This document shows, piece by piece, positions 1 to 24,383 of a DNA stretch of 64,000 nucleotides. Source of the stretch: Tubiluchus corallicola (taxonomy: Eukaryota; Animalia; Priapulida); assembly GCA_030141605.1 (NCBI GenBank), contig JAQGDQ010000016.1:1-64000 (forward strand), written 5' to 3'. A program made the position numbers and the translations under genes. Positions within the stretch are counted from its first letter, which is position 1, and every line of letters begins with the position of its first letter. A model generated the notes under the pieces. That model did no database searches. It was not told the DNA's origin and worked only from the letters and a program-made list of their open reading frames with translations.

Positions 1-2010
1 GTGAGGCTTGCTTGTGCTACTGCTTTGAGGCTTGCTCGTGTTACTGTAATGAGGTTTGCTCGTGTTACTGTAGTGAGGCTTGCTCGTGCTACTGCAATGA
101 GGCTTGCTCGTGTTACTGTAATGAGGCTTGCTCATGTTACTGTAATGAGGCTTGCTCGTGTTACTGTAATGAGGCTTGTTCGTGTTACTGTAGTGAGGCT
201 TGCTCGTGCTACTGTAATGAGGCTTGCTCGTGTTACTGTAATGAGGCTTGCTCGTGTTACTGTAGTGAGGCTTGCTCGTGCTACTGCAATGAGGCTTGCT
301 CGTGTTACTGTAATTAGGCTTGTTCAGGTACATGTAGTGAGGTTTGCTCGTGTTACTGTAGTGAGGCTTGCTTGTGCTACTGCTTTGAGGCTTGCTCGTG
401 TTACTGTAATGAGGTTTGCTCGTGTTACTGTAGTGAGGCTTGCTCGTGCTACTGCAATGAGGCTTGCTCGTGTTACTGTAATGAGGCTTGCTCGTGTTAC
501 TGTAATGAGGCTTGCTCGTGTTACTGTAATGAGGCTTGTTCGTGTTACTGTAGTGAGGCTTGCTCGCGCTACTGTAATGAGGCTTGCTCGTGTTACTGTA
601 ATGAGGCTTGCTCGTGTTACTGTAGTGAGGCTTGCTCGTGCTACTGCAATGAGGCTTGCTCGTGTTACTGTAATTAGGCTTGTTCAGGTACATGTAGTGA
701 GGTTTGCTCGTGTTACTGTAGTGAGGCTTGTTCGTGTTACTGTAATGAGGCTTGCTCGTGTTACTGTAATGAGGCTTGCTCGTGTTACTGTAGTGAGGCT
801 TGCTCGTGCTACTGTAATGAGGCTTGCTCGTGTTACTGTAGTGAGGCTTGTTCGTGTTACAGTAATGAGGCTTGCTCGTGTTACTGTAATGAGGCTTGCT
901 CGTGTTACTGTAGTGAGGCTTGCTCGTGCTACTGTAATGAGGCTTGCTCGTGTTACTGTAATGAGGCTTGCTCGTGCTACTGTAATGAGGCTTGCTCGTG
1001 CTACTGTAGTGAGGCTTGCTCGTGTTACTGTAATTAGGCTTGCTCGTGTTACTGCAATGAGGCTTGCTCGTGATACTGTAATTAGGCTTGTTCGGGTACA
1101 TGTAGTGAGGTTTGCTTGTGCTACTGTAATGAGGCTTGCTTGTGCTACTGTAATGAGGCTTGTTCGTGTTACTGTAATGAGGCTTGCTCGTGTTACTGTA
1201 ATGAGGCTTGCTCGTGTTACTGTAGTGAGGCTTGCTCGTGCTACTGTAATGAGGCTTGCTCGTGCTACTGTAGTGAGGCTTGCTCGTGCTACTGCAATGA
1301 GGCTTGCTCGTGTTACTGTAATGAGGCTTGCTCGTGCTACTGTAATTAGGCTTGCTCGTGCTACTGTAGTGAGGCTTGCTCGTGTTACTGTAATGAGGCT
1401 TGCTCGTGCTACTGCAGTGAGGCTTGCTCGTGCTACTGTAATGAGGCTTGCTCATGTTACTGCAATGAGGCTTGCTCATGTTACTGCAATGAGGCTTGCT
1501 CGTGTTACTGTAATGAGGTTTGCTCGTGCTACTGTAATGAGGCTTGCTCATGTTACTGCAATGAGGCTTGCTCATGTTACTGCAATGAGGCTTGCTCATG
1601 TTACTGCAATGAGGCTTGCTCGTGTTACTGTAATGAGGTTTGCTCATGTTACTGTAATGAGGCTTGCTCGTGTTACTGTAATGAGGTTTGCTCGTGTTAC
1701 TGTTCTGAGGCTTGCTTGTGCTACTGCAATGAGACTTGCACGTGTTACTTCAGCGAGGTTTGCTTGTGCTACTGCAATGAGGTTTGCTCATGTTACTGTA
1801 ATGAGGCTTGCTCGTGTTACTGTAATGAGGTTTGCTCGTGCTACTGTAATGAGGCTTGCTTGTGCTACTGCAATGAGACTTGCTCGTGTTACTGCAGCGA
1901 GGTTTGCTTGTGCTACTGTAGTGACGCTTGCTCGTGTAGTTGCAGTGAGACTTGCTCGTAATACTGTAATAATGCTTACTCATACAGTTACGGTGAGACG
2001 TGCTCATGTA
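1..2010. repeat. 24-bp minisatellite (consensus ATGAGGCTTGCTCGTGTTACTGTA) with a 360-bp higher-order duplication; probably in a sulfotransferase intron
   Basis: About 80 tandem 24-mers running off the left edge and decaying near 2000. 1-360 and 361-720 are nearly identical, including rare variant units. The long ORFs here are translations of the repeat. Confidence 0.95.
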
Positions 2011-3309
2011 GTTCAGTGGAACGAGTCAGTGTTGCGTGTACTTGTTGATGAACGCCAAGGTCAAGGACTGCGTGATTGATTTTCATCAATGTTATAATCG
2101 AATTGCCCCTTCAAACGAATTTGGCCTTTTCTATTGGTAAACGACGTAATTGGTGAAAGAATTGGAGCTCCCAAGCATAAAATGATGACGACTTTAAAGT
2201 GATTTTACCAATTGCACGAGACACTTTTATCACGCATTTCTTCTAACATTTTCAAGGATTAATTCTTCTAACACTTTCTAACATCAGTTATAATAATAAA
2301 ACTTGTTTGCCAGATGCCTATCATCGCTTTCATACAGCTCAGTCGTTTAAAATGGAGGACCTTCGAAGCCAGATATGGTTTATAAGGGTCTATTTTGACT
2401 TAAATGGCGCTGCAATTTTCCTATACTAAGCTAGAGAGAACTTTCCTAGGATGTAGTAAGCCTAAGTAACCCTTGTGGAAGCTCGTATTAATGTTAAAGG
2501 AAAAGAAGCATGTTATTTTATTATTATCACTTATACTTAGAAAAGAAATTTGCAAAGAGCTGCCTATAAAGCATAAATTAAAATTTACTACTTCTGAATG
2601 GAAATTGTCAGGCTTTGTGGTAGCTGGAAATAATTGTGGCATTAAAGTGATTTTACTAATTACACGAGGCGCTTTTTCATCATCATCATCATCATCATCA
2701 TATGCCCATTACGTCTATTGTAGACATTTTGCGGACGGAACTCTAAAATAAAAGAAATCTGCCCTTCAGACAGGTAAACACAGCAGTTAATCCAGCAAAA
2801 AACTAGACTCCGCTATGCCAGCGGCTTGTCAGCACCACTTCATTATGCGCTGAAATTATACGCTTATTAAAAACGCTATTCACGTAACGATAATGTTACG
2901 TACACCTAGCTATGAACTAAATCTGGTCAAATAGAAGCTCTCTTTTCTTTCTTATTAATGCAGACTTTATCATGTTTATTATAACAGAATGGGTATGCCT
3001 TCCATCGAATTCAACAACCAGGTGCTTTTTGCAGTTTTATTACTAAGTAATTTTAACATTAAACGTGAACATTGAAATAAGCCTAACTTCCTAGAAGGCT
3101 TGGCCTTTAATTTAAGTATGATTCCTACTAGCTACACCATTGGATTCACAAGATTTAACGTATCAAAGCAATTATTATTCACTTTCTTTGTGTAGCAAAA
3201 ACGTGATTTGTTTGTAACGAACTAAGCTAACCCAGGGCCTCTGTCTCTCAGACTACGTGAGCTTTCAAAGGAACAAAATTTCACTCTTCAAAATTTTCGT
3301 TTGTTACAG

Positions 3310-3419
3310 GTAAAGTTGGTGACTGGAAAAATCACTTCACAGTTGCTGAAAGCGAAGCCTATGACGAGCTTTATCAGAAAAACATGGCGGAGACAGACCT
3401 GACTTTCGATTTTGAATAA
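3310..3419 (+). CDS. Terminal exon of a cytosolic sulfotransferase (SULT); upstream exons lie outside the window
   Basis: Acceptor ttgttacag| followed by (G)[35 protein letters not shown]. This is the end of the RKGxxGDWKNxFT PAPS-binding motif plus the KxxxTVxxxE dimerisation motif. Confidence 0.85.
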
Positions 3420-4123
3420 TTTTTAAAGCTACTGTCGAACCATTTTAACAAGTTAAAGCATCGTGAGAAAACTTTAGTACGTGTAGGAAAACGAAAATAC
3501 ATCATGTCATGTCATATCAATATTTTATTTAAAATCCGTTTTCACACAAACATTAGCCGTAGCTAGGCTAATACGGCAGACTAGAGATTTGGCAATATCT
3601 ATTTTATGTAGTTATTGAACTGTTATAATATTCAAAACTTTATGAACTACTAACATTTACAAATGTGCAAATCACGACAAATTTTGTAATATTCAAAATA
3701 AACTTCAATAATACTGGCTTTTGCTTAAAGAATTTACATTAAAAATTAACCTGAATCTTTTTTCACCATAACAGTTGACTTGATAAAAGAAGAATTATAT
3801 CATAAATAGTATAAGAAGCCAAAATGCATTTAAGGTCTCAAAAATTCTTTATTTTGTCTTTCAGAAACTTTAGTCCTTCACAGACTTCATCTTCTAAAGT
3901 GGGGCAAAAGCTTTTTAAGAAAAGAATGAAGATTTTTCGGGACCTTAAGGGCATTTTGACGACTTTAATTTGCCATTCATGACCATTGCGAGTCTCAGAT
4001 CAGATCTTATTTCCAAACTTGTATCACATACATTAGAATTTCTTGAACGTTTTATTATTGTAGTCTGGGTAATTGTTCTTTTTTTAAACTCTTGCTAAGG
4101 CTGATGAACGACTTTGTACAAAT

Positions 4124-5650
4124 CTATTCCTTTTTAAACCAATTTCTCACATAAGTGAGTGTAGCGTTGGCCGTGCGGTGCATTACAAAGTGAGGGTATG
4201 CAGCCGTCTCCAGGACAGGTGACACTCCTTGTCGTGGTCCGGGATCCTTTTCATTTATTTTTTCACCCAGGCAGCACCTCAGTGCAAACATCTCACAATT
4301 GTTGCCTAGAGCGTGGTATGCGCCATATTTGTCTGTATAATCTTGTTTTTCGTGAAACTCTTTAGCTCTTTTGACAATGTCTGCTGGGTCATCTCTTTTG
4401 TGTATGGAACAGGTACCTGAAAGTTTTGCTCCCACTGCAAGAACTGAACTGTCGTATTCGTACTTTTTCAATGTTCCACCCTGTAGGAATTCGTCCAAAG
4501 AATCGCGATGGACGCGTGTTTCTCTTTTGCGTTCTTTGCAGGGTCCAGTAAAGTGAATAACTTCATCGTTACCGATGTATATTCCATGGTGAGCATAGAA
4601 CACACTCCTCCATACGTATATGTGATCACCAGGCTTTAGGTCATTCCTGGAAATTAAATGACTTAGTTGTTTTCAATGCGGATGTATGATCGAATGTCAA
4701 AGAGGAAGAAAATGAAATTCTAAAATACATGTGTATTCCAAGAAAACTTTCCTTACAAAGTTATATTAAAAAGTTGTTCTTACTTGTTTGAAAGACTTAT
4801 CTAACTAGAAAGGTAGTAACTAGTTATGTAACTACTTCGTACCACCTGGTAGAATGGTACTATATCACAATCCCAGTATGCACCATTGACTCACCAAAAA
4901 CCTATTATTGATTTTACTGACAAGTAAAGTACGTTATACTTTTGCTTAGTCAGTGAACATTGGACTACGAATGCTCTGATTATTATTCCAAATTTCATCT
5001 AAACTCGTTTCAAACGACTTATTGTCAAAATGGCTGTGCCAAAAAGTCATCGTGGAAGTTTAAATTTACAAGTTTTATAAGCTCTGTGCGTAGTAAGACA
5101 GCATGTAAGTGACATGAAATTCTAAAACAAATTTTTAAGCTTTGTTTATGAAAAGTGTTTTCTTTTGCTTTAAAACTCCCTGGTATGATCTTTATATCTG
5201 GAAAGTAACAGCCCGAAAAAAGACTCGGTTTTTGTTGTTGTTCTGTCTTCAGACTCTTTTCTAAATACGAATCGTTTTGGGGCGTTTTTCAATTGGAATT
5301 TCATTCTGTAAGCAGGTGGTATTTTAGATGATAAATTTGTAGGTAATAGTACTGAACGATAAAAAAACCCACAGAATACATAGAAATGGGGTGGAATTAA
5401 ATAAACAAAGCAAATGAATGAATGAAATTTAAGAAAGAAAGAAATAAAGGAAGAGGAAAAGAAAGAAAGGCTGAGCGAATGAATGAATGAATGATTACAA
5501 CAATACCCCAACTCATCAATCGTTATAAACTGTTACAGTGAAATAAAGAGCCACTGATCCGCACCATTTATAGGTCTAAAAACGGCGTTGTAACTTTTAG
5601 ATTTAAAAAACTACTTGTACTTACCTGTCTACTGTGTGGAACAAAGGCAT
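4124..5650 (-). CDS. LRAT/NlpC-P60-like NC-domain protein (HRASLS/PLAAT/PSE1-like), 182 aa, 2 coding exons
   Basis: Exons 5650-5625 (ATG...GACAG|gtaagt) and 4646-4124 (ttccag|) join in frame. Sequence: MPLFHTVDRNDLKPGDHIYVWRSVFYAHHGIYIGNDEVIHF...YHALGNNCEMFA. It has the H-box (HHGIY...IHF) and the catalytic NC box (NNCE). Confidence 0.88.
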
Positions 5651-6077
5651 GATAAGTGACCTTAACTGTGTTATACAGCAGAACTTTAATTTCACAATTT
5701 CAATACGTTTTCAGGATGAAACTTTTTGAACGTTTGAAAGTTGAACTTCACTGAATGCTGCCTTACCAAGTCACTGATTGCATCACTTTAAGTCACGTGT
5801 ATTTTTAGCCTTCAGCAAGCATTGGTATTTGGTAACAGATACAAGATTTGATAAATGAACACGGCTTCCAGGAAATGCACTTTTTCTTGAGAACCGTCTG
5901 TTTTGTATCAGGGAGTGTTTAAACGGCTGACAGGGTTAGCTAGATTACGCTGAATATGTGGTATGATAGTCCTATATCTTCATTACGGCAACCTTTAGCA
6001 CATCTGCAGTGTTTGAACATTTGTTGTTACAATGTTCGATTTATACTACTTTAGAACGGTGATATTTTTGATAAATA

Positions 6078-6355
6078 ATCCTTTTCACAGTTCTAGCGAT
6101 TGACGATGATCGTGAAAAGGCTAAAGGTTAAGTGCACAAGACAACATATTTGTGTACACTTGACAACGCCTCACAGCCCATGCTGTTGTAATAGTAGCAG
6201 TTTTAACAGCTAGCTAGAACCTTACCTAGTTTATTTTTCCTTGTTTCCAAGCCAGATCCTGCTAGTAAATCACTCTAGGCACAGACTGATGCATAATTAC
6301 GTAAAGTCCATGTAAAACAACTGAAATTACTGAACTGACATGTCAGACGGCTTTG

Positions 6356-6419
<64 letters not shown>

Positions 6420-6513
6420 CGTGACGATTGTAGTTAAAACGCGTTGCTGTGGTACGCTTAACCTTTGACCTACAGCAACTGCGCGTGCACACAACGAAAC
6501 TGTAAAAAAGCTT
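6078..6513. mobile_element. Non-autonomous DNA element (MITE family A) containing a (CA)n tract; related copies at about 12343-12526, 14226-14547, 29917-30107 and 54623-54987
   Basis: Terminal inverted repeat of about AGCCTTTTCACAGTT...AACTGTGAAAAGGCT. It has inverted subterminal GGTCAAAGGTTAAGTGTACCA blocks and shared internal sequence across five loci. Confidence 0.75.
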
Positions 6514-6643
6514 ACTATGCTTTTGGTGTAAATGAAGAAAACATTCCAAAGCTTACAACAATGGAAAAAAGAAAAGTTATAAATAAACTACAAATATAAA
6601 TCACCGTGACAATTTCAATAGACTTAACCAGACAATTACCGAT

Positions 6644-18315
<11,672 letters not shown>

Positions 18316-20431
18316 ATAACTGAATGGTAAAGTTGAAAATAAATGATGGACTGTTAAAATTCTAACAGCTTTTTACCAGTTTTTATTTTTCCAAACCTAA
18401 ATGTCAAACATCTCCAGTCCACAGGACAGGGCTAAGTACTGGGCCCTCTACCCTACAAAACTCGAAGATTGACGTTTTATGCTTCGTGCAATATGCTAGT
18501 CTCAGCCTAAAAGTGTCGACGGTTCGAGGCTCCACCATTAGCCCCAATGATATACTGAAAGTCCATATGAAATATTTAATGTTTTTTGACAAGTCAGGAT
18601 AATTACTGACATACTGTTTGTGCACAGGCGTTCTAAAACATACTTTTCTGGCTATTTTATCAGAGAAATTTTTCAAAATGATTTCAAAGTCAATGGCTTT
18701 CGTATAGATAGCATTACGGAATTATTAAGTCTCTATTTTGAAATTAGTTTCAGCATAGGTTTCAGCAATTTAACGGATTTTGCTTTGATAAATTTTTGTC
18801 ACCTGATGTGACTGATGTGGTACCCCTCTTGGCGTTAGGCTCAAGGAACAAACATGTCTAATTAGCTTTAAACTGGCCTAGCGTGATGCCCATTGAAAAA
18901 AGTAACCAATTACTAATGAAAACTGTGCGAGCTACAACTATATAAGCAGTTCTATAGATGCCAGCTAGTCTTCTCACAGAAAAAAAACAAAATTCAAGCG
19001 TTTATCTTGGTTTATTACTAAAATAAATATCACCTTTGCAGAAATAAAATAAAGATTTCCGAATAACGAAAATATAACCAGTAGGTCATCGCTTAACGAC
19101 TCTCTGTTTAGCAACGTTTTGTTTTAATGGCGCTGAACATTTGACACCTTTTTTCACTTAATGACTCACCGTTTTTTACGTTGCTCAAAGCCAATTTCTA
19201 TTTTGTAAACAACATTTTATCTAATTTGATGCCTTAAAACAGTACATGTTACGTCATTGTGTTCTAAAAGCACACTAGTAGCAAAAACATTGCAATTATT
19301 ACACAAGTACATACATTTTTGCTTTCCAACTGACCACTAAATGCTAGCCGTTTGCATCAAATCAGACCTGGGAGCAAACTTTATAGGAAGAAAAGTTGCC
19401 TGCAATCTGCTGTTAAAGCAACCAGACTATGTATCTAGATAAAATTCCCAAGGTCGCCCCAGGGCTGGGCTTCGTCTCTGCTGCAGTGTTCAATCCCTAT
19501 CTACAATTAAACGTTAACGAAACAGAAACCTCTAGCTAGGTAAGCAGATATATAGGTGGTTTCAAGCAAACAGAAAGATGTTAATCAATAAAAACGTGAG
19601 TAAAATTCGTAGAACTTTTAATTTATATGATTTAAGCAGCATTGATTTTTGCGTCTGGATCGTATGGATTACTTTCTATGGAAGTCTTAGCTTCGTTTAA
19701 TGACGTTTCGTTTAACGTCGCTTTTTGTTGGAACGCGTTAGTGTCGTTGAGTGAGGACTTCCTGTACCTCCAAAATAAATGTAAGTTGTACTACTTGTAG
19801 GTAAAAAAAAAATTACATCAAAAATATGCATGAAAACATTAAAATTAAGAACGAAAAAGTTCTGAAACAAATCATGCAAACAAACACAAACGATGCATAA
19901 ACAAAAACTCAAAAATGTAAACAAGGTTGAACCACTTAAATAAACAAATAAATGCACATTGAGACATAGAAAGCATCAAGTACAATGACCACAGGGTGAG
20001 ACACAGGGCAGCCGCCCCGAAAAAAGGAGCAACTATCAAATTTTGTTTTTCGAAACTGTATCACTTAGGTACAGTTTTGTAAACTACCTTGTATTCTTAC
20101 TAGTTACTCAATGATAAATTTGAGGGTTAAAAAAATGTAAGCATGCATTAATGCATTGGTACATTTAAATGCAAGGAGAACACAGCTTGAGGGCGAGAGT
20201 ATTTCCCATCACAAGAAAATCAAACAAGTATAAATTTCAAATTTTTGAAGCCATATATTTCACTTTCCAGTTTTCTAATGGCAAATCATTTACAGTGTAG
20301 AGCAATTGAATTTATTTAGTCATTTCACATCGGTTGACATAATACATGGACAAACATTCCATGCATTTCTACATGCAATATTGTAGTGCTCTAGTCTGCA
20401 TAAAAAGCTATGGAAATAGATTTGTAGAAAT

Positions 20432-20968
20432 GGCTATAAACTCTCTTTACAGTTTTAAAAATTTATTACAAAGGCAGTTGACAAGATTTGTTCTAATGTA
20501 ATCAGTGGTTGTCAAAGTTTTTTAAACTCATTTAATACACCTCTATATGGACACCATTAGTTGCACGAAGCACATCAAGACGACACTTGATTTCTTGCCA
20601 TGTTCGCTGTAGCATAGCCTCATCAATGGTGGCGATGGCATCAGAAATCCATCCTTGGCTTGAAGTCACTAATCAACTCCTGTATCTTTGTTCGATACAT
20701 GATATCTTTCACATAACCCCATGGATCTCTTCCATACTTAGTTCTGTAGTTTCGCTGAATCTGCACATAAGTTTTTGTCTCAATAAACCACGATACACAC
20801 TGTGCCTTCTCTTGAGGGGTACCCATTTTTGGGGGTCAGTTAACAATACCCTTCTACCAACAGGAGACTTACATAAACATTGAATAAAGCAAAACAAATC
20901 TTAACATCTTGTCAACTGCCTTTGTAATAAATTTTTAAAATTGTAAAGAGACTTTATAGACACCCTGT
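20432..20968 (-). mobile_element. Internally deleted Tc1/mariner-superfamily transposon
   Basis: About 55-bp inverted ends (CTATAAA.TCTCTTTACA.TTTTAAAAATTTATTACAAAGGCAGTTGACAAGAT) and a TA|CAGGGTGTC terminus. It encodes the transposase N-terminus MGTPQEKAQCVSWFIETK...YGRDP fused to WGYVKD and, after a frameshift, ISDAIATIDEAMLQRTWQEIKCRLDVLRATNGVHIEVY*. Confidence 0.85.
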
Positions 20969-21089
20969 ATTTCATAATAGTTTTTCATATTATTATTAAC
21001 ACATATTCTTCAAATTAAATTTTACCAATCACCAGTAATGGTACAAACTTCATACTCACTCGCTATCAAATGCATAATTTAATCCACAG

Positions 21090-24000
21090 TCAAGCATAAA
21101 AAACAGATATTACACTATCAACAGTTTGACTTGCCTCATGGTCACTCGTCATTTCCACAGTTTGGTTTGAACAAGGCGTTGTAGCCATTTCGACACTTTG
21201 TTCACCAACAATCTCGTCAATCTCCATTGGTATTTCCTCACTTGTCTCCGCAGTATGATTTGCCAAATCATCAGCATTATGCTCTACAGTCTGGCTTCTG
21301 CAATAATCGGTGTTAATTTCCACAGTCTGACTCGCCGAATAGTTAATACTCATAGCCTCACTGGATGGTACCATTGATTCGGTTGACATACTTGCCAGAA
21401 GGTTCACGGAAGAAACTGGATTTGCTCCTACGGAATGGCTGCGTATAGGGCCTTTGCTTGGCGATTGGCTGAGCAAACAATCGGAATTCAAGTCCAAAGA
21501 ATCACCAAGCATTGTCGCGGATGTGGCAAGCGAATTTTCGCCACCGTTCACATTCTGACTAATCGACGAATCAACTTCGATGGTTATAGTCGGACACTGT
21601 GAAGAAACTGAATTTGCTCCTACCGAACGGCTTCGTATAGGGCCTTTGGGGCCTTTGCTTGGCGACTGGCTGAGCAAACAATCAGAATTCAAGTCCAAAG
21701 AATCACCAAGCATTGTCGCGGATGTGGCAAGCGAATTTTCGTCACCGTTCACATTCTGACTAATCGACGAATCAACTTCGATGGTTATAGTCGGACACTG
21801 TGAAGAAACTGAATTTGCTCCTACCAAACGGCTTCGTATAGGGCCTTTGGGGCCTTTGCTTGGCGACTGGCTGAGCAAACAATCAGAATTCAAGTCCAAA
21901 GAATCACCAAGCATTGTCGCGGATGTGGCAAGCGAATTTTCGTCACCGTTCACATTCTGACTAATCGACGAATCAACTTCGATGGTTATAGTCGGACACT
22001 GTGAAGAAACTGAATTTGCTCCTACCGAACGGCTTCGTATAGGGCCTTTGGGGCCTTTGCTTGGCGACTGGCTGAGCAAACAATCAGAATTCAAGTCCAA
22101 AGAATCACCAAGCATTGTCGCGGATGTGGCAAGCGAATTTTCATCACCGTTCACATTCTGACTAATCGACGAATCGACTTCGATGGCTATAGTCGGACAC
22201 TGTGAAGAAACTGGATTTGCTCCTACCGAACGGCTTCGTATAGGGCCTTTGGGGCCTTTGATTGGTGAGTGGCTGAGTGAACAATCGGTATTTAAGTCCA
22301 AGGAATCACCAAGCATTGTCGCGGATGTGGCAAGCGAATTTTCGTCACCGTTCACATTCTGACTAATTGACGAATCGACTTCGATGGCTATAGTCGGACA
22401 CTGTGAAGAAACTGAATTTGCTCCTACGGAACGGCTTCGTATAGGGCCTTTGGGGCCTTTGATTGGTGAGTGGCTGAGTGAACAATCGGTATTTAAGTCC
22501 AAGGAATCACCAAGCATTGTCGCAGATGTGGCAAGCGAATTTTGATTTACTGGCTGATGAGCTCTGATGCCAGTTTCTTCCACTCCAGTGCCAGGCAAAT
22601 GACGACCTTCAACTGAATAACGATGAATATGATCTTTCACTTGAGGATCAATTCCAGCTGTTACAGTTTGACTTGATGAAGATTCGGCAAATAAGTCCAG
22701 AGAATCCCCTAGGACTATTTTAGAAGTTCTAGTATGTGGAGCACGATTATCAGATGACTCGGCCATTTCCTCGCATTTATCACAATGTGAATGATCATCA
22801 TTTGCACCTTTAGTTGACTTTGTAAGCTGTTTCTTTTCAACAAATAATGTTTCTCTTGGCGAATGATCACCGATATTAACACATACATCACGTTCACTGT
22901 AAACTCCCCTATTATGTTCCTTTACTTTCCCAACTAGGGATTCTTGGGCATGTTCATTCTGTGCAGCACTAGGCGACTTCTTTACAATCATTGGAAAATC
23001 GCCACTACCAAACATCACATCATCACGAATTGCAACATTTCCAAACAAACTGGCATGAGGAGTATTTTTTGTATGCTTTCCATGCGTACCATCACGAGAT
23101 TTTCCTCCAAATCCTGATATATCTCCAACGCCAACTGTCGCGTCATCCGTAAATGTATCTGCCACACGCTGCGCCGTGCTTGTCTCCAAATCGTCCTCCA
23201 ACATGGCGAACATTTCGTCTTCGTCGACCTCATCATCTGTTGCAGTTACAGCAGGTTTTGTAAACTTGCCCGGTCCAGCCGAAGTGCTCGGTTGGCAATC
23301 GTCATAAGTGCCTGCCAGATCAGAAGTCGCCTTGTCTCCCGGTTTGTCGCCCCCGACAACTGGTGTGACGCTTGGGGCAAGCAATTTTGAACGACGTCGT
23401 TCTATAGCTTTCTGTCTGTTATCCTCGATCTTTTTCAACATTTCTGGCGTGAGCTGGAAAACAAATTAGAGTGTATAAACTGCATGTGCATGCGTAAAAA
23501 CGTAAGTTTCAAGGACAAGCCAAAAAGAGATAAGCCACTACCACTAGATAGAAAAGAAACTTTCAAATTAAGTCAAATTGCTGTTTGATTTGAATTGATC
23601 CAATTTGAGTTAACTGATTTAAGTAATTTGTTAAAGTTTGGAAACTAAACTCTAGCCTTTATTCTGATTACTTTTTATAATAATATAACGCAAGAAGATA
23701 AATTTGCAGTATAAAGTCGATAATTTCACAACATTATGCAACATAAGAGAGAGGTTACCCAGAATGTCACGTAATGGTTATGTCATGTAAGAAACACGAT
23801 ATACATAAAATTATGCCACACAAGGTACAGGATGTCTAGAATATATGATACAGGATGTCCAAAAAACAATTTTCACATGTCACAGTTTTGAAATTTTTTG
23901 AAAGAATAATCCGTGAAATGGTGCCTCTAAGAAGCTGATCAAAGACATTCTTCCATGCAATGATGATGGCTTTCATATAAAAGTTAGAACTATTATAGTG

Positions 24001-24352
24001 CGAAAATTTATTAAAATAGCAGTGCTGATGTTATGCAGATAGAAACCCAATAAATGTTCATTGGAGTTTCTAAGAATTTCAGTAAGTCAGAAGTACGCCA
24101 TCAGAAGGAAGCAATGTCTCAAAAATCCGCACATGAATCACATTCTGCAAATGTCTGTCGTTATTGTTGACTGGAGATATAGCTCAATGGTAGTGAGCTC
24201 GCTTTCCACCCGGAAGATCACGGGTTCAACTCCCGACCGAGACATAAAAATATTATCGCCAGTTCTTTGACCAAGCACGAAGGTTTATCGAAGTAACACA
24301 TGGTTAGTAATCATCCAGACTACCTTGGTGTTATCCTTGTACTACGTATTCC

Positions 24353-24383
<31 letters not shown>

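Noticed and set aside
12-1961. Cys-rich (CNEACSCY)n ORFs resembling metallothionein
   Set aside because: They are an alternative frame of the 24-bp minisatellite, broken by stops and with non-ATG starts.
24171-24245. Functional tRNA-Gly gene
   Set aside because: The acceptor and anticodon stems pair poorly and it is followed by a body and a (GTT)n tail, so it fits a SINE head better.
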